Assembly: GCA_001949185.1 (NCBI GenBank) | Contig: BDGG01000007.1 | Span: 1,508,730 to 1,572,729, forward strand | Source of the DNA: Ramazzottius varieornatus | Taxonomy: Eukaryota > Animalia > Tardigrada | DNA length: 64,000 bases | Reading direction: 5' to 3' | In this document: piece by piece, positions 53,142-64,000 of the stretch | How the letters are laid out: each line of letters begins with the position of its first letter | How positions within the stretch are numbered: the stretch's first letter is position 1 | Translations under genes and position numbers: made by a program | Notes under the pieces: model-generated | What the model saw: the letters and a program-made list of their open reading frames with translations, nothing else | What the model was told of the DNA's origin: nothing | The model's database searches: none

Positions 53142-54436
53142 TTACGTCTCGGAATTAGAGGCTGAAGTCGCGCTGGCTGATGCGGAAGGCACGTCAGCAA
53201 TCAGGCAGCCATGGTCCAAGTGAGTCAAGAGTTCGGCTTTAAGATGCCAAATTTGTCGGCGGAGGAAAGCGGCGGCACCCTCTAAATGTTCCACTTCGCT
53301 TCTCATGTGGTCCACCTGTTGGCCTAAAGTCCCAATCTTGTCCATCTTGCGCTTGCGACACTTTGCGGCAGCCAGGCGATTCCTCTCGCGCTTTCGTTCG
53401 CTCTTGAGGCGAAACTGCTCGTCAACGTCGCGCAAGGCGTACTTGATGGAGTCGTACGTGTAGGAGGTGGACATGTCCGAAGAGTCGAGGGAAGAGTGAG
53501 GACTGCATGGTCCTTCTTGGTCGCCGTCCGAGGCCGACAGGTGGCCGTCACCGTATCGCTCTTGGTACGTTCGACCAAGGCTGGCTCCGCGTGCTGGACG
53601 CCGTCGCAGGCGGGTGGTGTAATCGACGTAATCGTAGATGGGAGGTATCGGTGGACGGTCTCGAGAACCAGGACTTTTAGACCTGCCAGAGTGTGGTGAG
53701 GACGACCCAGAGCTGGTCCGCAGGCACAACTGGTGCTGGTACCCTAGGGAGGTGTCAGTACTGGAGTGGTCGCGTGCTGCGTACGCCGCATTTGGGGGAC
53801 CCGGTAATGTTGACACTGCTGGATGTCAGAACAAACATTAGTTGAATAATAATGCAAATTTTCTTCGTGTACGTAGTTTAGAGGCTTGGACCGCCAACCT
53901 GGGTCTCCGTAAGAAACAGACAGGCCTGGCGAGGGGCTGGGGCTGGCCATCAAGGAGTAAAAGGTTGGCGAATGCAGGTCATTAAGGAACTTGGCAAAAA
54001 CATCGGCTTCCGCCATTATATTTTCGGATTTTGCCGTGAGAGAGCTGGACGTGGGCAGATGAGTGAGAGTGGAGAGGAATGAGGCCGGAGTGCTGGTCGG
54101 TGTCCATGAGTTCATTATTATACGTTCCAGTTCTGGGGAGGAAATTTTCAGCATATTGATATCGGGAGAGGTTAACAGGAACGCGGTATTGCCGGGTTGC
54201 AGAAAATGTAATATATCATCATCAGGAGATGCCGAATCATTACTGTTGGGAGCGACGTTGGGCAGTGATGTAATAACTGAACGGCGCTTCCGGGTGCTTG
54301 ATGAAGCATTGTTGTCTCCAGCAAAGTCCAGCGTCATTTTCCTCTTCTTTTCGGCAATATCGTGAACCGACTCCGGGACTTCCAGAGATGAGTTTCCGCT
54401 CTTCAAAACCTCCATTTCCATCGTGGTCAGATGCAT
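53142..54436 (-). CDS. Jun: AP-1 transcription factor Jun family
   Basis: JNK-docking-like KKRKMTLDF; LLTSPDINMLKISSPELERII (S63/S73 equivalents); bZIP ERKRERNRLAAAKCRKRK...HLDHGC. The two ORFs join through an ~80-nt phase-1 intron (~53819-53898). Confidence 0.92.
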
Positions 54437-56311
54437 CTGCAAGACTCATACAGGATCGTCTTTGGTTCCTGGGCACACAAACAGCTCAGAAACTGGGACT
54501 GGTGACGTGACGGACGAATGAAGTATCTTGCGTTATCCGACGGTAGATCAAAACCTACGCCTTGTCAGGACAAGGTGCAAGGGTGGCGCCTTATGAAGCT
54601 TTGCGGTAAAGTCTTCGCTCGGCGGTCGGTGTATGTGCTGTTGTTAAGCTTAAGACGCTTATTGCGCACTATGTGATAATTTCGTCACAAACTTTCAAGA
54701 ACCACCATGTGCCTTTCGGCACAGAACGACAGCGAGCCATTCGCCCGCGGGAGTTATTCGTGGCATATCAAATGGTCTTACCTTTCTTCTGCGGTAATTT
54801 TCTTCATGGAATAGACGGAAAGACCAGCGGGTAGACCGTAAACCCGGCATTCAGCTGGAAGGCAAATGCCTCTACAGCAATGAAAGTCATACTTATGGTA
54901 GATTAAAGTATGGAAACTATACACGGGAGGAATGTCATTGCAGACGATAATAAGCATGGACGTAACCACACTCTTACTGTGTCATAACAAGTCCTTCCTG
55001 TTTCTGGAAGAATTCACCAAAAAATGTTCCGAGTACGAGGAGCAGTTAAGGCAAGACCGACCGAGAGCCGTTTCCGGTACATGTACCTCGTTTCGGACTT
55101 GTGATCATCTTCCAACTATAATAACCTTTGTTTGCCAATTGAGAAGCTAGGCTTTTCGTGGTGCGACAAATTTGAAAAATGTTGCAAGAATCGCCGGAAG
55201 AGACAGAAGATAGGCAACAACAGTATCTTTAAATTTTAAAATTTCCAGTTTTAAACAATCAACAACGAAACGATAATTTCTTTGCACCATCTAAAATCCG
55301 AGAATCCTAAACGAGACAATTACGTCTTAAAGGAAGCCAGAGTCAAGAGATCTCGCGGTGTAGGATTCAACGAAGGGTCTTTCAGAATGGAAACTGCGAC
55401 CTATAGGCAAAGGAGGAAGCTGTCAATTCGAGTGACTTGCAGGACCGGGGAGCTTGACTTACAGAAGCGAGTAGGATTTCTTTCGCCTGGCTTCTCGTAC
55501 TTCTTGCTGGCAACTGATCGAAGTTTAATGATCCATCTAGGGATAATCATGTTAAAATTTAAACGCGAACTGGGAACTTGATAAGACAAGTCAGACTGCA
55601 AGAACGATCCTGGTATACAACCGATTGCATTTTGCATTAACCGTCCTGGTTCGCGAAATCGAAATTAATAAAGTATACAACACCTCCACCACTCTATTGC
55701 TTAGCCAGTGTTTTCCCGTCTTTCCGTAGTAAAAGAGTTCTTGGTACAGATTCTACAGAACACGGATGCGTTTGGCGTATTGGACGAAACCGTTTTCACG
55801 ATACTGAAAGCTGGAATTCGATGGAACCAGGAAATCCAACCCGGAAGGTACGGCACGGCCCTCATCGCAATGGACTTTTCAGCGAGTGATGTCACCGAAC
55901 TAATTTGGAGTTGACTGATTTTGACCCAAGTGTTTTGGGTCCTTTGGGAATTGGGGTGGTGGCATCATTAGGGTTGTGCAGTCTGTATTTCTCATGATAT
56001 CTGCTCTTAGGATTATGAGTGCCTTGCTGGTTCTTTGTGGACACCTGATGTTATTCTCTGTCTTGACCGGGTTGCGCGGACTGAAGATGGACTGAAACGA
56101 TGGATGGCTGACCGTGTCGTCGAAAGAGCAGCGTAGAGTTGGATTTGATTTGATACGATTGGCCGTATTTCTTCTGGAGACGAGCTTGTTGGACAAGACT
56201 GCATGTACGGAAAGAATTATTCTCGATCATCAACAATTACGACTGAGTGTTGCTTGTGTGTTTACAGGTGAAGGTGGACAAAGAGCGGAATAGGGAAAAT
56301 ACATAGTAGTA

Positions 56312-59075
56312 ATGGCCACACAAATTCCTCCACTACCATCCAAAGGCGCATCTGTATCTGCTGCTCCTCATCGTCAACACTCCAATTCAGGCTCTGGTGC
56401 TACACTGCTTTCCTCTGCCACTCTACATCTACAACAACCATTACAGCCCACTGTTGCTCCTCTGCCACATGTCCTGACACATTCTGATCCCAACACCCCT
56501 TCCACTTCCGGCGCCGTACTCCCATTCTTTACTGCATCGCCACGTCCAAAAGTGGCCACACCTGAAGCAGACGGGCCCGACCTCCTGCAGTCCGAATCGT
56601 CGGAGGAGAGCACCGAAGGGGAAGCGGAAGAAGCTGACTCTGATGCTGAACTAGAGGATCACTTTGTAATGAAAGGGGATGCTTTGTCCGTCTCCAAGAT
56701 TTCCAACCGCAGCTCGCCCTCTGTCCTCAGTAAGTTTCACCTTGGAACATGATGTCAAGGATATACGTGTCTTTCACATTGTCTACGGCTTTTTTATATT
56801 TTCTGTATGACGTCACGCGTCATTTGATCGATACTTGGGCCTGGGTCCGGACCAGCACGGCCTTGATATTGACTTTTTAGTATTATCAAGGCCGTGCCAG
56901 TATACTCCCCGCTGCCTCCACAGCTGTGAGCTGGTGGTTACTTCCGTTCGCAGCAAGCTTGTCAGCACTTTAATGGTTCACAGGCGCGACGATTCATCAG
57001 TGGCCAGGCTATGAAGAAGAGAGTCATGGATTGCTTGACAACAACGAGGGTTCTGACGTGGACAACGATTCGGAAAACGAAGACCCCGATGATCCATGGA
57101 AGATTCTGCCCGAGCAGCGCAGCTGGTACATCAACCTGTTTCTTCGCTTACAACCTGACGTGCACGGCTGTATTGAAGGTACCGTTGGGCAAAATCTTCC
57201 TCAGGGACATGTTGCGTCATTGAAAATCTATGTCTCTGTCGCAGGGAGAGATGCTCGAGTCTTCTTCGAGAATTCGCAACTGTCTTTGCAAGATCTGGGA
57301 GAAATATGGTATGCAATACCAAATTCTAGCATCCGTCACTAGCTTTACTAACGCCGTGGGTGCTCTTGTCTGTGCAGGAACTGTAGCGATGTGGATCGGG
57401 ATGGGAAGCTGACGCTGGCCGAGTTTTGTTACGCCATGCACCTGACACTTGCCAGGAAAAATGGCTTGTCACTTCCTTCGCAGATTCCACTATCTCTCAG
57501 GAGTTCGGCCAGGAACACCTGCAAGACGGCGGAAAGCGTGCAGACGGGCTCGCTGACCGCCAAACCGCAACTGTCTTCTGGGGACCATGTCCACCAGCCA
57601 GGACAGGTTCGTATCATCAGAATTTGTTACAGTTTCCTTAGCATAACTCGTTGAATGTTTTACAGTGGACAAAGTTTAGCGAATCACCGCGGAACCAGCC
57701 AGTTGCCCCCGCAGGCCCTGTACAGTTTCGCAGTGCACTTGATTCGGTATGTGACGGTGTGGATAATTTGGAGGCTTGACAAGCAAACTGGACGAGATCG
57801 GTTTTCCAAGTGGCGCACCCTTCCAGCCAATCAGACTGAAAGTGTGCGCCGCTATGATAAACTATCCTGTCAAGTTCTTCTTTGCCGAGCTCCCGTTTGA
57901 CCGTCGATGACGGTTGCTGCCGTGCTTGAAATGTCGCTTGCTTACAGGAACGAGTGGTGGCTCAGCCGCTGGCAACCCGTCTGGATGCTGGAGCAGTACA
58001 CCCGACCAGCTATGGCCGCGATGTTCGTTCCTACTCGACGGCCAGCACTAACAACGAACAGCAGCCGTCCGACACGGCTGTCACCGCCCCTCCTCTTCCA
58101 CCACGCTCCTTTCATTCCCGCAGTGCTTCGTTGGACTTGCAAGGCACCCAGCCGCCCCAATCCCACAAAGCCGCCATCAGCCTACAACCGAGCAGCAATT
58201 CCGGCACTGGCGCCACTGCATTCCCACCCCAGCTGCCGCCTCGTAGCTCTCCCATTGTAAGTAAATCTATAGCGAAATGTGATTGAAGATGTCTCTTCTG
58301 CGGTGCTGGAGTTTGCGGCCACTGGCTTACGTCACTGTTATCCTACGTGTAGTTTGCCAAGAGGCTGGACAGCGCAACCGGAAGTGACTCGGATACGGAG
58401 AACCGTTTCTCCAGCCACTTTGCCGGCGCAGCTGGGCCCTCCCACAGTAGTGCCTCCCATGGAGTGCTTGATGGTCCGCGACCCGAGAAGCCACCTCGCA
58501 CTGGTCGCACAGCAAACAAAGTATGGCTTTTGCTCCTTTTTTCTGAACCATCCGACACAGAATATTTTGTCCAGTGAGCATAGAGTTATTCGATTTTCTG
58601 TTGCCAAACACACAGAACGTGTCATTCTTTGGTGGGATGGCGCCTCCTTCTGATGGCTTGCCATCTAACGGATGGGATAACGGTACTGTGATGCAGTCGG
58701 TGCACCATCCGAGCCACAATGCAGGATACAGCCTGTCACAAGTGGAGTTACCGGCCTTGATCGACCTGGCGCTGACGGGCATACCTTCGCCTCAAGACCT
58801 GTAATAAGTCTTCCTGGTCAAATATCGTCAGTATAATGATCGCTTAGTTGATCATTTTTGGTAGGGAGAAGTTGAAGACGGAAAAAGTATGGCAGCTGAT
58901 GCAAAGACTGAAGACGGTGGCTGAAGGCTTGAGCCGACAGAATACGGATCTGCAGCAACAACTGACCGAGGTGGTTCTTAAGAAGAGGACGGCGGAAGTG
59001 CTGTTATCCACCGCCGAGAAAGACGCACATCAGCAACGCGGAAGCAACAACGACCGACACGGCCATCATAAATAA
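56312..59075 (+). CDS. REPS: RalBP1-associated EH-domain protein (REPS1/2-like)
   Basis: EH domain [23 protein letters not shown]...[10 protein letters not shown]...[26 protein letters not shown]; PPLPPR; HSRSASLDL; C-terminal coiled coil [15 protein letters not shown]. Confidence 0.9.
56855..56897. repeat. Perfect 14-bp inverted repeat in a REPS intron
   Basis: GCACGGCCTTGATA (56855-56868), 15-nt spacer, TATCAAGGCCGTGC (56884-56897). Confidence 0.8.
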
Positions 59076-61141
59076 CGGTACTGTCACTCCTCCTTGTTGA
59101 GCCCAGCCAGACTGGGTACTGTATGCTGTACGTGATCCTATCACCCAACTTGGCTGTTTTAGGTTTTGCTATATGCACCCAGCGAAGCGGCGCTTTTATG
59201 GACCCATCTTTCCTACTTTCTGGTCCACCTTTCGTTTTGCAGCTTTTTGTATCCTGTAGTGGCGTCGCTGGCCTATCTTCGGTCTGTGTTCTTTTTACCG
59301 GTCCTGCTACTGGGAACAGCCAACGTCTTGAACAAGGTTTGTCGCCATGGGCGCGGCCTAGTCTACGCGGGCAGCTTCATAAGAGTTATCTGTACGTACC
59401 CAACAACCAATCTGCCTTTCGGTGTAATACAGAACTGATAATGCACATGTATGTTTGTTTCGTCGACTTTTTCAAGTGAAGAGCAATACTTGGTGGAAGC
59501 TTGTGCCAGTGTAACTTAAGACTGGAGTATGATAATGACGCAAACGCTACGACGAGGACCACCGGCATCTTTGATGGTCATTGCTGATGGTTGAAGCGGC
59601 GTCAGATGGAAGACAAGGCTGGCGACCTTTGTCAGGGGAGAAAAGGCCTTGGAAAAGAGGACGCGATGGTGACCATGATGAAAAGGTGAGGAAAAGGATG
59701 GCGATGATAATGAATGGAATTAGAGGAAGGTAGGTGGCGATGGTAATTGGCCATCGATGACAATGAGACGGCATTATGGCTTTCGCAACGTTGATTGTTT
59801 ATCCCGTGTTATTCGGCAGACTGCGATATGGACCAGCTGCCCTCTCCTTCCATCTTCACAGGTGTGGACTGAAAAGACAACCGGATTTTAGTTATGGAAA
59901 AGCGAAGGGGGGAAATGGCCCAAGAGGCTGCTGGCGGTGATGGAGAAGGGTGATTGAGTCAAATCGATGTTTAGCACAAATCAATCACTGTTGGAAGATT
60001 AAATATTCCGCTGTTGCTCTTTGGGCTTGTATATAGGGACCGTCCTTCTCTGTAGCTGGCTGCATGGCCCAGGTATTGTTCGAGGATGAATATGACAACA
60101 TTCCGCTGCATTCCATTCCCTGGCCAATTGGCAATAGCTTGAGCCATTGTCCACTGATGGCCAACAGCGAGAGCAGGTAAGCCTTTCACTGCGATTCATC
60201 AGGCGTTACAGAGGTGAGCCGGCCACTCTGCCTCCTAAAGCTGACTAACTTAACTTGCGTGTAGCCACGTAGCTACAAGCCTTCTCCATACAAATCGGCC
60301 TGCTTCCATCCTCACCGACGGCGGTAATTCTCCCATACTCCCCCTGTATGTCAGTGCAGCACTCGTACTTACTTCCCTCCGTACTACTTTTAGCACAGTG
60401 CCGCCCGTGTACAGCTGTCCACCTTTATCCCTTTCTTGGTCAGGTCGCGGCTGGCATCAGAGGATAGTTGTAATTTGTCCTTCAGCCTTCGGCCCTTCCT
60501 GGTTCTTTCGGGCAGTACCGATCGCTCTCTCCTTCTGACATTTTTTACGTTAAGGTGTTTGTCGTGCGGATTGCCGTTTACTGTAGGTATAGAGGAGAAG
60601 AAATATGAGCCATCTGTCGATATTTTGACGTTTGCAGAACCTGCTTTGCCTCTTTTGCCATCGGAACGTTTATGTTTAACTTTTGAAGTGGCTGTGCGGC
60701 AACTTGAGACAAGTCAATTGTCAAGTGAGGGGGATGTAAACGACGGGAAAGGTGTTGGACCTGAACTGCGCCATCATCATTTGCCCAGACTAGCCAGGCT
60801 GGACAAGTCAAGCCCACTGGCGCTCTCCTCTTGTCAGGCATGCAGTCCATCTTCATCGCACGGACAAACATCTTTTGCCTTTTTGTAAATTATCCTTCTG
60901 TATCCACAAGTTGATGTGGGCGATTGACCAGTGACCATTCCGTTATCCAGTCACGGGCGTTCGTTCCGTAGTTCCGTTTCGTTTGACAACAATCCTCATC
61001 TCGTTCCACAGTGCCCAATAAATTCTTCTGCCGCAAAGACCAGCCTCCTTTTGATGGGCTTCAATCTGGCATTTCCATTCATTTTCGGCAAAGTGATTTT
61101 GTTGATGAATTAAATTGTGTTTATTGCCACCTGAGCTGACG

Positions 61142-63305
61142 ATGGTGAAGGTGATAATGAGGGCGATGCCGTGTGGGAAATGGCTCTTAATTGCCCTTTA
61201 TGTCTGTTTGGCTTGTGTGCTGGAGGAGAGTACAGCCGTCCATCGTGTAGACGGCGCGACGCCGGATAATCGCCCGTCCTCCTCTGGGCCCAGCATCATA
61301 GACGAGGATGCCATTGACAAGCTCAGTGAAATCTTTGATATTCCTACTTTGAAAAGTAGCCGACACTTTGCGCTGCGAGGCAATGCCACGCAAGCAGGTC
61401 TTCCTCGTCCTCTGGCAGACTCCATTTCCGGTCGGCCGCCGCAGTACATGCTCAATTTGTACCAGACCATCACCGACAGCAACGGCATTATGCGAATTCC
61501 GAACCCTTATCACGCCAACCTCATCAAGAGCTTCAGCAACAAAGGTAAGAGTTCCTTCATCTGGATCGTTCTCCAAACGGTCCTCCATACTTTGAACTCT
61601 CTACTTTATACAATTAAACACATACAGTATGTAATATACATATACTATAAGTGGCGGCAAGGTTAATTACTCCTGTCAAATGCAGGTGCTTTTTTGCCGG
61701 CCCCGTTTATGGCGATGGATTTGATCTAGTGCCTGTCTATGTTGGTTGCAGATCTGGGGGAGAACAATAAAGTTGAATTTGACATCAAGTCGCTACAGGA
61801 GAGCGGTCAAGAGCGGGAAAGTGTTTTACAAGCCGAAATGCATCTGGACATGTCCATCAATCTGTCCGCTCTCTTGGCCAACTACAGCGCTAGCCAGCAG
61901 GCGGAAGATGACGAAGAGGAGGCTGAAGCGGTGACCTGTGGCCATCTGCTGTTGAAAGTCCACTTGCGGGAAGCGTCGTCAGAGGGCGACGGTGGCCTTG
62001 CTCGTGGACGGCTGGTGGCGCAGAAAGAGCTGTACTTGGACCACTGCTTGCAGCGCCATCCCCTGTGGACCGCCTCGTCCCGCCAACCCCACCTGTACAA
62101 CACCTCGCAAGTGCTAGCTATCGGCGCCGCCGTCCAACACTGGACCCTCTTTCCGCAGCACAATCACGGTTGGTTCGCACTGGCCAACTTCTAACCCATC
62201 CACAAATTACGCGTACTAGCATACGTATGCATGATCATTAAGGATGATATGTGTCATTGATAGGTTTGGAAGTGGCTGTCAGCGTGGTGATGCCGTCGTC
62301 ATGGATAAAGGCTAGGTTCAACGCCAGCCATGCCCGCTCTCTTTTCCCTTTTACTCTTGGACCATGGTACTTTGCGGCCAGAAGCAGTGCGGCGCCATGG
62401 AGAGGAAACACCGTCGAAGCGCCCTTCAACATCTCCAAGGGGCAGCCCGGCCCGGTTCTCATTTTGTTCATGGACGATGGTCGACCCCGCAACCCCAAAT
62501 ACCGCATCGCAGGTAGGCAGTATGGCCAGTAACATTTAGGCCCTTGGGCAAGTCAGACGCCTTTCCTTTCTATTGTAGACTCGGCCAAACAGCAGGAGTT
62601 TTTAAAGAGACGGTTGGGACGGCTGGGACAAAGCGACCTGTTTCAAAGCTACAGCGAGGCCGCCGATTTCCAGTGGAACGAAGAGGACAGCAGCGAGGCC
62701 AGTGCTGTGCGAGCGCGCAGTCGACGGAGCCGTACATCGGCTCCGGTAACCTCCCAGACCATCTTTATGCTCGGTGGTCCCAAATACAAGGTCAAAGGAC
62801 TGAAAGGTCCCTCCCGAAAGTACCCCAAAGTGGTACGTAAAGGCAAGGGTCGAAAGCGCAACCAAAGTCAGGATGGACAGTGTCGTCGTCACCACCTCTT
62901 TATATCCTTTGAAGAGATTGGCTGGTTGGTGTACCCTTGCACTTTTTATTTCTATTTCATATTTATCATTGTCTCAACCATGAAAACCTCTTGAAATCAT
63001 TGGTCAATCAAGCTAATCCACGTGTTGTTATTTGCAGGGATAACTGGATCGTGGCTCCCAAAGGCTTCCAAGCGTTTCACTGTCGGGGTACTTGTAACTT
63101 CCCCATCGGACAAGAGTCGAAACCTTCCAATCACGCCACGGTTCTTTCCATTATTAGCCATCTAAAACTACGGAAGAATGTAGCAGCACCCTGCTGCGTA
63201 CCGGAAAAGCTCTATTCCATCAGCCTACTTTTCTTTGATTCGGACAGCAATGTCGTACTGAAACAGTATGATGATATGGTGGCCCAAAGTTGCGCCTGCA
63301 GGTAG
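61142..63305 (+). CDS. ADMP: TGF-beta/BMP ligand, anti-dorsalizing morphogenetic protein
   Basis: Exons 61142-61544, 61752-62168, 62264-62512, 62579-62924, 63038-63305. Signal peptide, PPQYMLNLY prodomain, furin site RARSRRSR, and a 7-Cys mature domain with ADMP-type FEEIGW, FPIGQ..KPSNHATV and CCVPEKLYSISLLFFD...VVLKQYDDMVA. Confidence 0.88.
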
Positions 63306-63611
63306 CCCACTACCATTGGCATAAAGCCTTCCTCCTAACCAAAACATACCAAACAATGAACGCCGATGTTTTCATAGTCTTTATTCTGCTCATGTGTGAC
63401 AATAAAATGTAGTCATAGTCAGCGCAATATTGTCGGTTACTACCTAACCGCGAACCGGTCACAAACTCGAGATACTCGTACGGAAGTGCACCTTCTTTCT
63501 TCATCTGTCGAGGTATAACTACGCATGCGGTTTGACTTGCGCGCGGTCCACATTAATTATGGATTTGGTTAAGCTCCTTCGTTTCAAATCTTTGTTCAAA
63601 AATCTTCTACG

Positions 63612-64000
63612 ATGGCGAATGAGGAAGTAAGCGATGGATCGTACCAGCGGCGCCGGAGCTCCAGTACTAGCATGGTGTCGGAACAGGCTTCACGTCATAA
63701 CTGGCCTTTTCCTCCAGACAGCTCGTGGACGTTCCTTGGAGCTTCTCGTCTTTCTGGTCGCTTGACACTCAATCCACAGCCAGAAGGTCCGCAGGGGCCT
63801 TTACTACGCTCGTTAACGGTCTTGACAGCGATTCGTCATCAATCGCCAGCGCCGGAATCGCAATCTTCCTCAACCTCGTCGGGTTCGCCGATCGACCGCC
63901 CCTTGTTAACCAAGTTTCGCCGCATGTCACCAGTAATGTTACAGCGCCTACAGGTTGATATTGCAGACCCTTTTACCAGGTCCAGGTCGACCGGTAGATT
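63612..64000 (+). CDS. Unknown Ser/Pro/Arg-rich protein, 5' part (runs off the right edge)
   Basis: ATG at 63612 is followed by ~129 stop-free codons to the window end (MANEEVSDGSYQRRRSSSTSMVSEQ...). Not in the ORF track, probably because it has no stop. Confidence 0.5.
   Translation, partial: MANEEVSDGSYQRRRSSSTSMVSEQASRHNWPFPPDSSWTFLGASRLSGRLTLNPQPEGPQGPLLRSLTVLTAIRHQSPAPESQSSSTSSGSPIDRPLLTKFRRMSPVMLQRLQVDIADPFTRSRSTGR

Noticed and set aside
53744-53900. Apparent frameshift between the Jun N-terminal ORF and the bZIP ORF (programmed frameshift or pseudogene)
   Set aside because: An ~80-nt GT-AG intron (AG|gttggc...ctaat...ccag) restores the frame.

Overview
Gene-dense eukaryotic (animal) DNA with roughly balanced GC and many short GT-AG introns (mostly ~50-150 nt), so the ORF track breaks every gene into pieces. 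An Expansion/Rebuf MH2 gene, a protostome-type troponin T and ADMP point to a compact-genome ecdysozoan invertebrate; I cannot name the species. Genes I could splice by eye, in order: EEF1A (5' end, -), a claudin/PMP22-superfamily gene (-), LZIC (+), expansion (+), UBE3C (+), CNNM (-), a class A GPCR pseudogene fragment (-), WDR6 (+), RIM/unc-10 (+), DPAGT1 (-), troponin T (-), EEF1D (+), Jun (-), REPS (+), ADMP (+), and an unknown ORF running off the right end. Non-coding features include three TA-flanked MITE-like elements, an apparent mitochondrial insertion carrying tail-to-tail trnC/trnR in a UBE3C intron, and an apparent excess of TACAGTA/TACTGTA motifs. I see no multi-gene novel system that the sequence clearly supports. 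The best leads are the intronic NUMT, an orphan ORF behind DPAGT1 with a splice-versus-polyadenylation layout, a spliced orphan MGGCC microprotein, a 6-nt troponin T microexon and a Jun lacking the conserved zipper Asn. Family calls come from remembered motifs, not database searches, and coordinates were counted by hand.
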